A DNA stretch of 64,000 nucleotides, taken from positions 1,728,001 to 1,792,000 of the forward strand of contig CBDCXR010000004.1 in NCBI GenBank assembly GCA_965223845.1. Reading direction: 5' to 3'. This document shows positions 47,002 through 56,595 of this stretch, in pieces (the stretch's first letter is position 1; every line of letters begins with the position of its first letter). Made by a program: the position numbers and the translations under genes. The stretch comes from Planctomycetota bacterium (lineage in GTDB: Bacteria; Planctomycetota; UBA8108; SXIK01). The notes under the pieces were generated by a model. It was not told the origin of the DNA, ran no database searches, and was given only the letters and a program-made list of their open reading frames with translations.

Positions 47002-48924
47002 ATGTCCCGGAAACGAAGCTCCGTTCCAACTCACGATCGCGATGCCCGCGAATTCTTTCACGCGCAGGCCAACGCACCACTCGCCGCGCGAATGCGTCCG
47101 CGCACGCTCGAGGAGTTTGTCGGTCAGCGCCATATTCTCGGATCTGGGATGCTGCTCCGCCGCGCGATCGAAGCGGATCGACTCGGTTCTCTCGTCTTCG
47201 CCGGCCCACCGGGTTCCGGGAAAACGACGCTCGCGCGCGTGATCGCCGGGACGACGCACGCGGAGTTCGAGAGTCTGAACGCGGTGTTCGCGGGCGTGAA
47301 GGACATCCGGGAAGTCGTCGCCCGCGCGAAGGAGCGCCTCGAAACGGGCCTCGCCGGCTCACAGCGAACGATGCTCTTCGTCGACGAGGTGCACCGATTC
47401 AATAAGGCGCAGCAAGACGCCCTCCTCCCGCACGTCGAGAACGGCACGCTCACGTTCGTCGGCGCGACGACGGAGAACCCGTACTTCGAAGTCAACAAAG
47501 CGCTCGTCAGCCGCTCGCGCGTCTTCGAGCTTCGACCGCTCAGCGATGACGAAGTCGGAGAGGTTCTTCGTGCGGCCCTCGCCGATTCCGATCGCGGGTA
47601 CGGCTCACGTTCGGTCGAGCTCGCTTCCGACGCCCTCCGGCACCTCGCTCTTATGGCGCAGGGCGACGCTCGGAACGCCCTCAATGCGCTCGAGCTCGCC
47701 GTCGAGACGACTCCGGAGAACGAGGCCGGGGTGATCGAGGTGACTCTCGCCGTGGCGGAGGAGTCGATTCAGCGGCGGGCGCTCCTTTACGACAAAGACG
47801 GCGACGCTCACTACGACATGGTGAGCGCCTTCATTAAGAGCCTGCGGGGTTCCGATCCGGACGCGGCCCTCTACTGGATGGCGCGCATGCTCGCCGCCGG
47901 CGAAGACCCGCGCTTCATCGCCCGTCGACTCGTCATCTTCGCGAGCGAGGACGTCGGCCTCGCAGATCCGGGGGCCCTCGCGGTCGCGACCGGGGCGGCG
48001 CACGCGGTCGAGTACGTCGGAATGCCGGAGTGCCAGTGGTCCCTCTCGCAGGCTAGCCTCTACCTCGCGCTCGCGCCCAAATCGAACAGTACCGCGGGCT
48101 ACTTCGCCGCCCGGCGCGCGGTGGAGGAAGGAGCCTCGGACGAGGTTCCGAATCACTTGAAGGATCCTTCGCGCGATCGGCACGGTCTCGGACACGGGAA
48201 GGGATACCGGTATCCGCACGCGTTTCGCGAGCACTGGGTGCCGCAGCAGTATCTTCCCGGCGAGCTCCAGGGGGCGCGGTTTTACGAACCGGGGCGCATC
48301 GGCCGGGAGCGCGAGCTCGCCGACGGGCTGGATGGGCGCCGAGAGCGTCAGGGCGTAGCGCTCCCAGCCGCGGCGCGCCTCGACGCCGAACGCGATCGGG
48401 TCGAGCGGGCGATGCGCGATCTCGCGAGCGAGTTCGGTAAGGGCGCAGTCGAGCTCGCCGGTGAGCTCGCGCGTTCGATCGCCCTCGATCGCGCCGATCG
48501 CGTGCTCGTCCTCGGACGAGAGCGACTCCTCGCGTGGGCACTCGCAGCCGAGAACCCCCTCGTAAAGATTTATGGGACACAATCCGAGATGGAGGAAGCG
48601 AAGGCGCAGCGGTCCCGACTCGCGCGGGAAGGCGTTGATCGACTCGTTCGGTACGTGGTCGATCGAACCGGAACGCAGTGCTTCCGAGCGGCAGGCATCG
48701 ACGCGGTCGCCGGCTGGAGGCTCGTCGGAGCACGATCTGATCGAGTCCGCGTGTGTGCCGAGCTCGCCCGGATCCTCGCGCCGGGCGGCGAGCTCGCGCT
48801 CGCCGAGCGAAGCACGGAGAGCGACGACCTCGAGCGCGTCGTTCGCGAGAACGGAGCGTTCGAGTCCGTCGAGGTACACAAAAAGGGCGGCGCGCTTCTT
48901 CTCTGGGCGCGAAAATCAGAATGA
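47002..48924 (+). CDS. rarA: Replication-associated recombination protein RarA/MgsA with C-terminal methyltransferase-like extension
   Basis: PLAARMRPRTLEEFVGQ, GPPGSGKTT, FVDEVHRFNKAQQD, GATTENP, SAFIKSLRGSDPDAA, ASEDVG and VPNHLKD. Confidence 0.92.
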   Translation: MSRKRSSVPTHDRDAREFFHAQANAPLAARMRPRTLEEFVGQRHILGSGMLLRRAIEADRLGSLVFAGPPGSGKTTLARVIAGTTHAEFESLNAVFAGVKDIREVVARAKERLETGLAGSQRTMLFVDEVHRFNKAQQDALLPHVENGTLTFVGATTENPYFEVNKALVSRSRVFELRPLSDDEVGEVLRAALADSDRGYGSRSVELASDALRHLALMAQGDARNALNALELAVETTPENEAGVIEVTLAVAEESIQRRALLYDKDGDAHYDMVSAFIKSLRGSDPDAALYWMARMLAAGEDPRFIARRLVIFASEDVGLADPGALAVATGAAHAVEYVGMPECQWSLSQASLYLALAPKSNSTAGYFAARRAVEEGASDEVPNHLKDPSRDRHGLGHGKGYRYPHAFREHWVPQQYLPGELQGARFYEPGRIGRERELADGLDGRRERQGVALPAAARLDAERDRVERAMRDLASEFGKGAVELAGELARSIALDRADRVLVLGRERLLAWALAAENPLVKIYGTQSEMEEAKAQRSRLAREGVDRLVRYVVDRTGTQCFRAAGIDAVAGWRLVGARSDRVRVCAELARILAPGGELALAERSTESDDLERVVRENGAFESVEVHKKGGALLLWARKSE

Positions 48925-49089
48925 ACGAACCGGGGCTCGCTCGGAGGATTCTCTGCGATCCCGACCGAGTGCAGCGAGTCCGAACCGCATCCGCGAACGA
49001 GGCATCCCGACACACGACACCGACGCGATCGTCCAGTCGCGACCGAAGGGACGCGAGGGTCTGAGCTCGTCCGGCGAAGGGAGAGTGCA

Positions 49090-51474
49090 ATGATCAAGAA
49101 AGCCGCCGTCATCGGCGCCGGAACGATGGGAGCGGGCATCGCCGCTCAACTCGCCAACACGGGTGTGTCCTGTCTCCTCCTCGACATCGTGCCACCCGAC
49201 CTCCCGGATGCGGCGAAGAGCGATCCGCGCGCGCGCTCGAAGTTCGCGATCGACGGTGTCGATCGGATGGCGAAGGGAAGGCCGCCGGGGTTCATGACGG
49301 CCGCTCAGCGCGACCTCGTCGACGTCGGCAACATCGATGACGATCTCGAGCGGATCTCCGACTGCGACTGGATCGTCGAAGCGGTGACGGAGAACCTCGA
49401 GATCAAGCGTTCGCTCTACGAGAAGATCGCGCGCGTGAAGCGTCCGGACGCCGTTGTCTCTTCGAATACGTCGGGGCTCGCGCTCCGCCTGCTGACCGAA
49501 GGCTTCGATGAGACCTTCCGCAAGAACTTCCTCATCACGCACTTCTTCAACCCGCCGCGGTACATGCACCTCCTCGAGATCGTTCCCGGTCCCGAGACCG
49601 CTCCGGAAGTCGTCGCGGAGATCGAGCGATTCTGTGACGTCCGGCTCGGGAAGGGGGTCGTCCACTGCAAGGACAGTCCGAACTTCATCGCGAACCGCAT
49701 CGGCGTCTACGTCATGGGAGTGGGCGCCCAGCTCATGGCGGAGGAGGGCCTCAACATCGAGGAGATCGACGCGATCACCGGTCCGGTGCTCGGCCGCCCC
49801 AAGACGGCGTCGTTCAAGCTCCAGGATCTAGTCGGAATCGATGTGTCGGTCCTCGTCATGGAGAATGCGAAGCGTCTGCTGCCGGACGACGAAAGCCTCG
49901 CCGGATTCGAAGTGCCCGAGATTCTTCGCCGGCTCGTCGACGCGGGACGTCTCGGCCGAAAGAGCGGGGCCGGCTTCTACAAGAAAGTAGGGCGCGACAT
50001 TCTCGTTCTCGATCTCGAGACGTTCGAATACCGCGAATCGAAGCCGGTGGAGTTCGCAAGCCTCGCTGCCGCGTCCAAGGTGCGGACGCCGGGCGAGCGG
50101 ATTCGAGCGCTCGTCGGTGGCGACGATGCCGCGGCGCGTTACGCCTGGAAGTTGCTCGCGGCTACGCTTCTCTACTCGGCGCGGCGCATCCCGGAAATTT
50201 CGGACGATCTTGTCAGTGTCGACCGCGCGCTTCGCTGGGGATTCAACTGGGAGCTCGGCCCGTTCGAGACGTGGGACGCGATCGGTGTCCGTGAGTCTGT
50301 CGAGAGGATGCGAGCCGACGGTCACGACATTCCCCCTCTCTGCACGCAGCTTCTCGACGCCGGACACGAGTCGTTCTACGGCTACATCGAGAGTTCGTCC
50401 GGAAAGACGCGCTCGGTCTTCGATCCCGGTACGAGAGAGTTTGCGCCGATAGAGGAACGGCCAGGCGTCCTCTCCCTGACGGCGCTGCGCGATCGTAGTC
50501 GACCGATCGACGGCTGTGACGACGCGAGCATCTGGGATCTCGGGGACGGAGTCCTCGGCGTCGAATTCCACTCGAAGATGAACTCGATCTCAGGCGACAC
50601 GCTCGACACGATTCAGCGCGCCGTCGAACTGGCCGAGACGGGTGGATACGAGGGCGTCGTGGTGGGGAACGAGGCTCCGCACTTCTCGGTCGGAGCGAAC
50701 CTCAAGCAAGTCGTCGCGGCGATGGACCAGGAACAGTGGGATGGAATCGACGCGATGATCCGCCGTTTCCACCGAACCGCACTCGCGATGCGATACTCCG
50801 CGGCGCCGGTCGTCGTTGCGACGCAGGGCATGGCGCTCGGCGGCGGCTGCGAGATCGCGCTCGCGGGCACTCGGGTCCAGTCGGCGGCAGAAACCTACAT
50901 GGGCCTCGTCGAGCTCGGCGTCGGATTGATCCCGGCGGGCGGAGGAACGCGCGAGCTCGCGTGCCGCGCGCATGAACGCGCACCGGGAAAGTCGCCGAAC
51001 GCGGTGTTCGCGTATCTCCAAGAGTTTTTCGATACGGTGGCGAACGCGAAGACTTCGAGCAGCGCCGATGACGCCCGAGCGCTCGGGTTTCTCGAGCGCG
51101 AGGATGCCGTCACGATGAGTCCGGATCGCGTCATCGCCGATGCGAAGGCGCGCGTCCTCGCACTCGCCGCGACGGGATACCGTCCGCCTCTCCCCCGACG
51201 TTCCGTGCGCGTTGCGGGTCGTCCCGGATGGGCAGAGTTCAAGGTTCTCCTTCACCAGTACCGCGAGGGAGAGTTCATCAGCGACTACGACCTCCACCTC
51301 GGAAAGAAGTTCGCCTACGTCCTCTGCGGCGGAGACATCGACCACGAGTTCACGGTCTCGGAGGAGTACTTGCTCGACCTCGAACGCGAGGTGTTCCTCG
51401 AACTCGTCCGGGAAAAGAAAACTCAGGAGCGCATCGCGCACACGCTGAAGACCGGAAAACCGCTCCGGAATTGA
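49090..51474 (+). CDS. fadN: 3-hydroxyacyl-CoA dehydrogenase/enoyl-CoA hydratase (FadN type)
   Basis: GAGTMGAGIA, SNTSG, HFFNPPRYM and NFIANRIG. Crotonase part ALGGGCE/GLVELGVGLIPAGGG. Ends TGKPLRN. Confidence 0.9.
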   Translation: MIKKAAVIGAGTMGAGIAAQLANTGVSCLLLDIVPPDLPDAAKSDPRARSKFAIDGVDRMAKGRPPGFMTAAQRDLVDVGNIDDDLERISDCDWIVEAVTENLEIKRSLYEKIARVKRPDAVVSSNTSGLALRLLTEGFDETFRKNFLITHFFNPPRYMHLLEIVPGPETAPEVVAEIERFCDVRLGKGVVHCKDSPNFIANRIGVYVMGVGAQLMAEEGLNIEEIDAITGPVLGRPKTASFKLQDLVGIDVSVLVMENAKRLLPDDESLAGFEVPEILRRLVDAGRLGRKSGAGFYKKVGRDILVLDLETFEYRESKPVEFASLAAASKVRTPGERIRALVGGDDAAARYAWKLLAATLLYSARRIPEISDDLVSVDRALRWGFNWELGPFETWDAIGVRESVERMRADGHDIPPLCTQLLDAGHESFYGYIESSSGKTRSVFDPGTREFAPIEERPGVLSLTALRDRSRPIDGCDDASIWDLGDGVLGVEFHSKMNSISGDTLDTIQRAVELAETGGYEGVVVGNEAPHFSVGANLKQVVAAMDQEQWDGIDAMIRRFHRTALAMRYSAAPVVVATQGMALGGGCEIALAGTRVQSAAETYMGLVELGVGLIPAGGGTRELACRAHERAPGKSPNAVFAYLQEFFDTVANAKTSSSADDARALGFLEREDAVTMSPDRVIADAKARVLALAATGYRPPLPRRSVRVAGRPGWAEFKVLLHQYREGEFISDYDLHLGKKFAYVLCGGDIDHEFTVSEEYLLDLEREVFLELVREKKTQERIAHTLKTGKPLRN

Positions 51475-51525
51475 GAGCTGAGCTCGACTCGACGGCGAGA
51501 CGGCGATGCACGGAGGAATCGACTC

Positions 51526-52704
51526 ATGAAAGAAGCAGTGATCGTCAGCGGTGCACGGACCGCGATGGGAAAGGGACGCAAGGGAACGCTGCGGACAGTG
51601 CGACCCGACGACCTCGCCGCGGCGGTGATCCGCGAGTGCGTCGAGCGCGCCCCCGGGCTCGAGCCGAAGGATGTCGGTGACGTTCTCCTCGGGTGCGCGA
51701 TTCCCGAGCAGGAGCAAGGGATGAACGTCGCGCGCATCGCGAGCCTGAGGGCCGGTCTTCCGCCCGTGGTCCCGGCGGCGACGGTCAACCGGTTCTGCTC
51801 GTCGGGGCTGCAGACGATCGCGATGGGAGTGGACGCGATTCAGTGCGGGCGTACCGACTGCGTCATCGCGGGCGGAACGGAGACGATGAGCCGCATCGAA
51901 ATGTTCGCTCGCGCGTACCCGAATCCAGAGCTGGCCGAGGCCTGGCCGGACGTGTATCTCGGGATGGGACTCACCGCCGAGAATCTCGCCAGAAAGTACG
52001 GAGTCTCCCGCGAGGACGCGGACGCCTTCGCTGTCGAGAGCCATCAGAAGGCGCTCGCGGCGATCGACGCCGGGAACTTCGATGCCGAGATCGTGCCCTA
52101 CCCGGTCGCGATTCGGCGTCCCGGCGCGGAGGGAGCGACCGTCGTCGAGACCATCGAGTTCAAGCGCGACGAATGTCCGCGGGCCGACACCTCGCTCGAA
52201 GGACTCGGACGGCTGCGGCCGGTCTTTCACCGAAAAGGGACCGTCACCGCAGGAAACGCGTCCCAGATGAGCGACGGCGCCGCGGCGGTTGCCCTTCTCT
52301 CGCGCGAGAAGGCCGACGCCCTCGGACTCAAGCCGCGCGCCGTGCTGCGGAGTTTCGCGGTCGCGGGCGTCCTCCCGGAGATCATGGGGATCGGTCCGGT
52401 CGCCGCGGTTCCGAAGGCGCTCGACCAATGCGGACTTTCGCTCGCGGACATGGATTTCATCGAGCTCAACGAAGCCTTCGCGTGTCAGGCGCTCAGCGTC
52501 ATTAAGGAGCTCGAGCTCGATCCTGAAAAGGTGAACGTCAACGGTGGGGCGGTCGCGCTCGGGCATCCTCTCGGATGCACGGGAGCGCGTCTCTCGCTCA
52601 GCGCGGTCCACGAGCTCGAGCGCCGATCCGCTCGGTTCGCCCTCGTCACGATGTGCATCGGCGGGGGCATGGGTGCGGCGGGAGTGTTCGAACGGGTCGC
52701 CTGA
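51526..52704 (+). CDS. fadA: Acetyl-CoA C-acyltransferase (thiolase)
   Basis: NRFCSSGLQ, NEAFA, GHPLGCTG and MCIGGGMG. Confidence 0.93.
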   Translation: MKEAVIVSGARTAMGKGRKGTLRTVRPDDLAAAVIRECVERAPGLEPKDVGDVLLGCAIPEQEQGMNVARIASLRAGLPPVVPAATVNRFCSSGLQTIAMGVDAIQCGRTDCVIAGGTETMSRIEMFARAYPNPELAEAWPDVYLGMGLTAENLARKYGVSREDADAFAVESHQKALAAIDAGNFDAEIVPYPVAIRRPGAEGATVVETIEFKRDECPRADTSLEGLGRLRPVFHRKGTVTAGNASQMSDGAAAVALLSREKADALGLKPRAVLRSFAVAGVLPEIMGIGPVAAVPKALDQCGLSLADMDFIELNEAFACQALSVIKELELDPEKVNVNGGAVALGHPLGCTGARLSLSAVHELERRSARFALVTMCIGGGMGAAGVFERVA

Positions 52705-52869
52705 CACCGCCGCGGATCGCCGAAAGGCCGTAGTTCGAGGGTCGGCGCGGTAGAATCCAGCCCGCGACCCGGGATAAAATCGGGCGTTTCGTCCCGCCCG
52801 AGGGGCGAGCGCGGTCGCCACCGGGCGCGCGCCAAACCCGATTCCTCTCGACCGGACAAGCATCGACCG

Positions 52870-54174
52870 GTGACCCGCGCTCACCTCGCCCGCGTCCAGC
52901 TAGCTAGACTCACCGCGCTCCTCCGCGCGCTCTGGGAGCGGAATCCGTTCTACACGCGGAAGCTGCGCGCGGCGGGATGGTCGCCTTCGGTGCTCGACGG
53001 CCCGCTCGAGCTCGACTCGCTTCTCGACTCGCTCCCGCTCACGACGAAGGCGGAGCTTCAAGCCGCGCAAGCCGAGCATCCGCCGTTCGGCGACAACCTC
53101 ACGTCGCCGCTCGAGGAGTACGTGCGCGTCCACCAGACCTCGGGATCGACGGGCGAGCCGCTCCGCTGGGTCGACACTCGCGAGAGTTGGGATTGGGTGG
53201 TCCGCTGCTGGAGCGAAGTCCTCCACGGAGCGGCGGTCACCCCCGGTGATCGCGCCCTATTCCCGTTTTCATTCGGTCCGTTTCTCGGGTTCTGGGCTGG
53301 CTTCGAAGCGGCGGAACGACTCGGAGTGTTCGTGATCGCCGGCGGCGGAATGCGATCGACGCAGCGGCTCCGATGCATCGTCGATCAGGATGTGTCCGTC
53401 ATCGCTTGTACGCCGACTTACGCGCTCCATCTGGCGGAAGTCGCGCGCGACGAGGGGATCGAGCTCGCGCAGTCGAGTGTACGCGCGGTAATCGTCGCCG
53501 GTGAGCCGGGCGGTTGCATTCCCGCGACGCGAAGCCGCATCGAGGAATCATGGGGTGCGCGCTGCTTCGATCACTGCGGCATGACGGAGGTCGGACCGTT
53601 TGGTGTCGACGATGGCTCGCGCGGGCAGTGCCTTCGCGTCCTCGAGGATGAGTTCATCGTCGAAGTGCTCGCGCCCGATTCGCAATCGCGCGCCGCAGAC
53701 GGTGAAGGCGAACTCGTCATCACCAATCTCGGTCGAACCGCGAGCCCCGTCGTTCGCTACCGAACGGGCGACTCGGTCCGCTGGGTCACGGGAACCGGTG
53801 ACGACGGCTCGGCGTGCGGCTGGCTCGATGGTGGGATCCGGGGGCGCATCGACGAGATGGTGATTGTGAAGGGAAACAACGTATACCCGTCGGCGATCGA
53901 ATCCGTGCTGCGCGAGTTCGACGACGTCGCCGAGTATCGCGTCCGCGTTCTCCCGAGTGGAGAAATGGCGGAGCTTGTCGTAGAGATCGAGCCTCGAGCG
54001 GGATCTAAGCGGTCGGTTTCGCATCGAGGCGAGCTCGCGGCCGCAGTGGCCGCGAGGCTCGAGACGCGCCTCCTCTTCCGCGCGGAAGTGAAGGAAGTGT
54101 CCCCGGGCTCGCTCCCGAGATTCGAGCTCAAGGGACGGCGCGTCGTCCGTGAATCCTCGGGAGAGAATCAGTAA
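52870..54174 (+). CDS. Phenylacetate-CoA ligase (PaaK) family adenylating enzyme
   Basis: HQTSGSTGEP, CTPTYA, GMTEVG, RYRTGD and GRIDEMVIVKGNNVYP. Confidence 0.85.
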   Translation: MTRAHLARVQLARLTALLRALWERNPFYTRKLRAAGWSPSVLDGPLELDSLLDSLPLTTKAELQAAQAEHPPFGDNLTSPLEEYVRVHQTSGSTGEPLRWVDTRESWDWVVRCWSEVLHGAAVTPGDRALFPFSFGPFLGFWAGFEAAERLGVFVIAGGGMRSTQRLRCIVDQDVSVIACTPTYALHLAEVARDEGIELAQSSVRAVIVAGEPGGCIPATRSRIEESWGARCFDHCGMTEVGPFGVDDGSRGQCLRVLEDEFIVEVLAPDSQSRAADGEGELVITNLGRTASPVVRYRTGDSVRWVTGTGDDGSACGWLDGGIRGRIDEMVIVKGNNVYPSAIESVLREFDDVAEYRVRVLPSGEMAELVVEIEPRAGSKRSVSHRGELAAAVAARLETRLLFRAEVKEVSPGSLPRFELKGRRVVRESSGENQ

Positions 54175-54277
54175 GGAACACGCGCCGGAAGTGGATCCAA
54201 CCTCTTCTGCGTGGGATGCAAACTGGACGGTAGACACCCTCTCCGACGGTGATCACCGACGGAGGGGAAGGAGATCG

Positions 54278-56518
54278 ATGGTGATACCTAAAGTGGCTCG
54301 AGCGAAGACCGAAAGTCCGCGGACTCGCAGTGTCGCGATCGGAGCGGTAAGCGTCGTCGCGGCGCTCCTCAGTGTTTCTGCGTTTGCCGGTGACTGGCCC
54401 AACTGGCGAGGCCCCGAGAACAACGGCGCGGCGCGAGAGACGAAGCTGCCCGGTGAATGGGAGCTGCGCTGGAAGGCGCCCTTCGGAGGTCGTTCGACCC
54501 CCGTCGTGCACAACGGGCGCGTCTATGTTCTCAACCGGGCTGGTTCGGGTGTGAACGAGCAGGAGCGGGTCCTTTGCGTCGACGCCAAGAGCGGCGATGT
54601 CCTCTGGGAGCACCGCTTCGGCGTCTACCTCACCGACATCCCTTCGACTCGCATCGGATGGGCGAGTCCGGTCGTCGATCCGGAGACAGGACACGTTTAC
54701 GCGCACGGCGTCCAGAACACGTTCATCTGTCTCGACCGCGACGGCAAAGTCATTTGGCGTCGCCAGCTTCACGAAGAGTACGGGACGATCAACGGGTACG
54801 GTGGTCGCACGCATACTCCCATCATCGACGAAGACCGCGTCGTGATCAGCTTCCTCAACTCGAGCTGGGGACCGCAGGCACCGGGTCGACATCGCTATGT
54901 CGCTTTCGACAAGCGCACCGGCGCCGTGCAGTGGTGGGCGACGCCCGGGGGGCCTCCCCTCGACACGACCTATTCCGTTCCGGTCGTCGCCGTCGTCGGC
55001 GGCGTGCGACAACTCATCGCGGGAAACGCCGATGGCAACGTCTACGGTATGGAGGCGCGCACCGGCCGTCGGCTGTGGACATTCCGCGTGTCGAAGCGAG
55101 GCATCAATGCCTCGCTGGTCGAGTGGAACGGGAAGGTCTTCGTCTCGCACAGCGAGGAGAACATCGACGAAGCTTCGATGGGGCGCGTGATCTGCATCGA
55201 TGCGACCGGACGCGGCGACATCACGAAGACTCACGAAGTGTGGCGCCAGGACGGAATCACGGCCGGCTACGCCTCTCCAGCGATCTCGAATGGACGATGC
55301 TACGTCGCGGACAACTCCGCGAATCTTCACTGCTACGATGCAACGACCGGAACTGAACTCTGGGCGATCAACTTCGGCACGGTTGCCAAGGGGTCGCCCG
55401 TCGTCGCGGACGGGAAGATTTACATCTGCGAAGTCAACGGCAAGTTCCTGATCCTCGATGCGGGCGAAACGAAGAGCAAGATTCTGAGCACCAAGGAGTT
55501 CCACACCGACGACGGCGTCGTCGAAATGTTCGGATCACCGGCGATCGCGGGCGGCCGCATCTACTTCAACACGCGCGACGAGCTCTACTGCTTGGGCGCG
55601 AAGGAATGGGACGGAAGCACCGCCGAAGCCCCCGCCGCGCCGACCGAGGTCGCTTCCGCGGATGCGAAGGCGACTCTGCTTCACGTCGTGCCGGCGGACG
55701 TCGTCCTCGAGCCCGGTCAGTCGATCGCGTTCGGAACGAAGGCGTTCGACGACACCGGCCGCGCCGTCGAGCTCTCGGGCGAGGCGGAGTGGTCGGTCGT
55801 GGGGGTCGAGGGTGAAATCTCCGCAAGCGGGAAGCTGACGGTGTCCGCCGCGAATTCCTTCGGGCAGGGCTTCGTCGTCGCGAAGCTCGGAGATCTCGAG
55901 GGGCGCGCACGGATTCGTACGACGCCACCGATCCCATTCAGCGTGGACTTCTCGGGGGTGGCTGCGACGAAGCCGCCGGCGGGTTGGGTCGGTGCAGGGA
56001 TCAAGTTCGTCGGCGCAGAGTACAAGGGCGAAGCGGTTCTCACAAAGCCGGGGACTCGCTCTAAGTTCATGGACGCCGAGACGTTCTTCGGACTGTCGAC
56101 GTGGCGCAATTACACCATCGAAGCCGATGTGCTCGCGATCGAGCGCAAGCGGAATCTGCCCAACATCGGCGTGATCAACTCCGGATACGAGTTCGTGCTG
56201 ATGGGAAACCATCAGCGCCTCCGCATCGTGTCGTGGGTGCCGCAGCCGCGCATCGAGAAGAAGGTGCGCTTCAAGTGGGACCCGGAAGTTTGGTACCGTA
56301 TGAAGTTTCGTGTCGCGGAGAAGGGGGGAGTCGCGACCCTTCAGGGAAAAGTCTGGAAGCGCGACGATGCCGAGCCGGAAGCGTGGACGGTCGAACTCGA
56401 AGACCCGAACCCGAACGGGGGCGGGGCTCCGGCTCTCCACGGTTACTCGGCGGGGGCGCGAGCCAAGTCGGCGGGCGCTCAGATTTATTACGACAACGTC
56501 AAGGTGACGCGAAATTGA
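54278..56518 (+). CDS. Secreted PQQ-like beta-propeller protein with Ig-like and C-terminal jellyroll (DUF1080-like) domains
   Basis: Signal peptide (SAFA), DWPNWRGP, repeated C.D..G..LW and SP blades, Ig-like VVPADVVLEPGQ and C-terminal NYTIEADV...WYRMK. RBS GAAGGAG. Confidence 0.85.
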   Translation: MVIPKVARAKTESPRTRSVAIGAVSVVAALLSVSAFAGDWPNWRGPENNGAARETKLPGEWELRWKAPFGGRSTPVVHNGRVYVLNRAGSGVNEQERVLCVDAKSGDVLWEHRFGVYLTDIPSTRIGWASPVVDPETGHVYAHGVQNTFICLDRDGKVIWRRQLHEEYGTINGYGGRTHTPIIDEDRVVISFLNSSWGPQAPGRHRYVAFDKRTGAVQWWATPGGPPLDTTYSVPVVAVVGGVRQLIAGNADGNVYGMEARTGRRLWTFRVSKRGINASLVEWNGKVFVSHSEENIDEASMGRVICIDATGRGDITKTHEVWRQDGITAGYASPAISNGRCYVADNSANLHCYDATTGTELWAINFGTVAKGSPVVADGKIYICEVNGKFLILDAGETKSKILSTKEFHTDDGVVEMFGSPAIAGGRIYFNTRDELYCLGAKEWDGSTAEAPAAPTEVASADAKATLLHVVPADVVLEPGQSIAFGTKAFDDTGRAVELSGEAEWSVVGVEGEISASGKLTVSAANSFGQGFVVAKLGDLEGRARIRTTPPIPFSVDFSGVAATKPPAGWVGAGIKFVGAEYKGEAVLTKPGTRSKFMDAETFFGLSTWRNYTIEADVLAIERKRNLPNIGVINSGYEFVLMGNHQRLRIVSWVPQPRIEKKVRFKWDPEVWYRMKFRVAEKGGVATLQGKVWKRDDAEPEAWTVELEDPNPNGGGAPALHGYSAGARAKSAGAQIYYDNVKVTRN

Positions 56519-56595
56519 GTGTCTCGGGAGACTCCCGAACGCTCGCGCGAGCACGGAACGAATTCATCAACCCACGAGAAGAGATCAGCGAAGCA

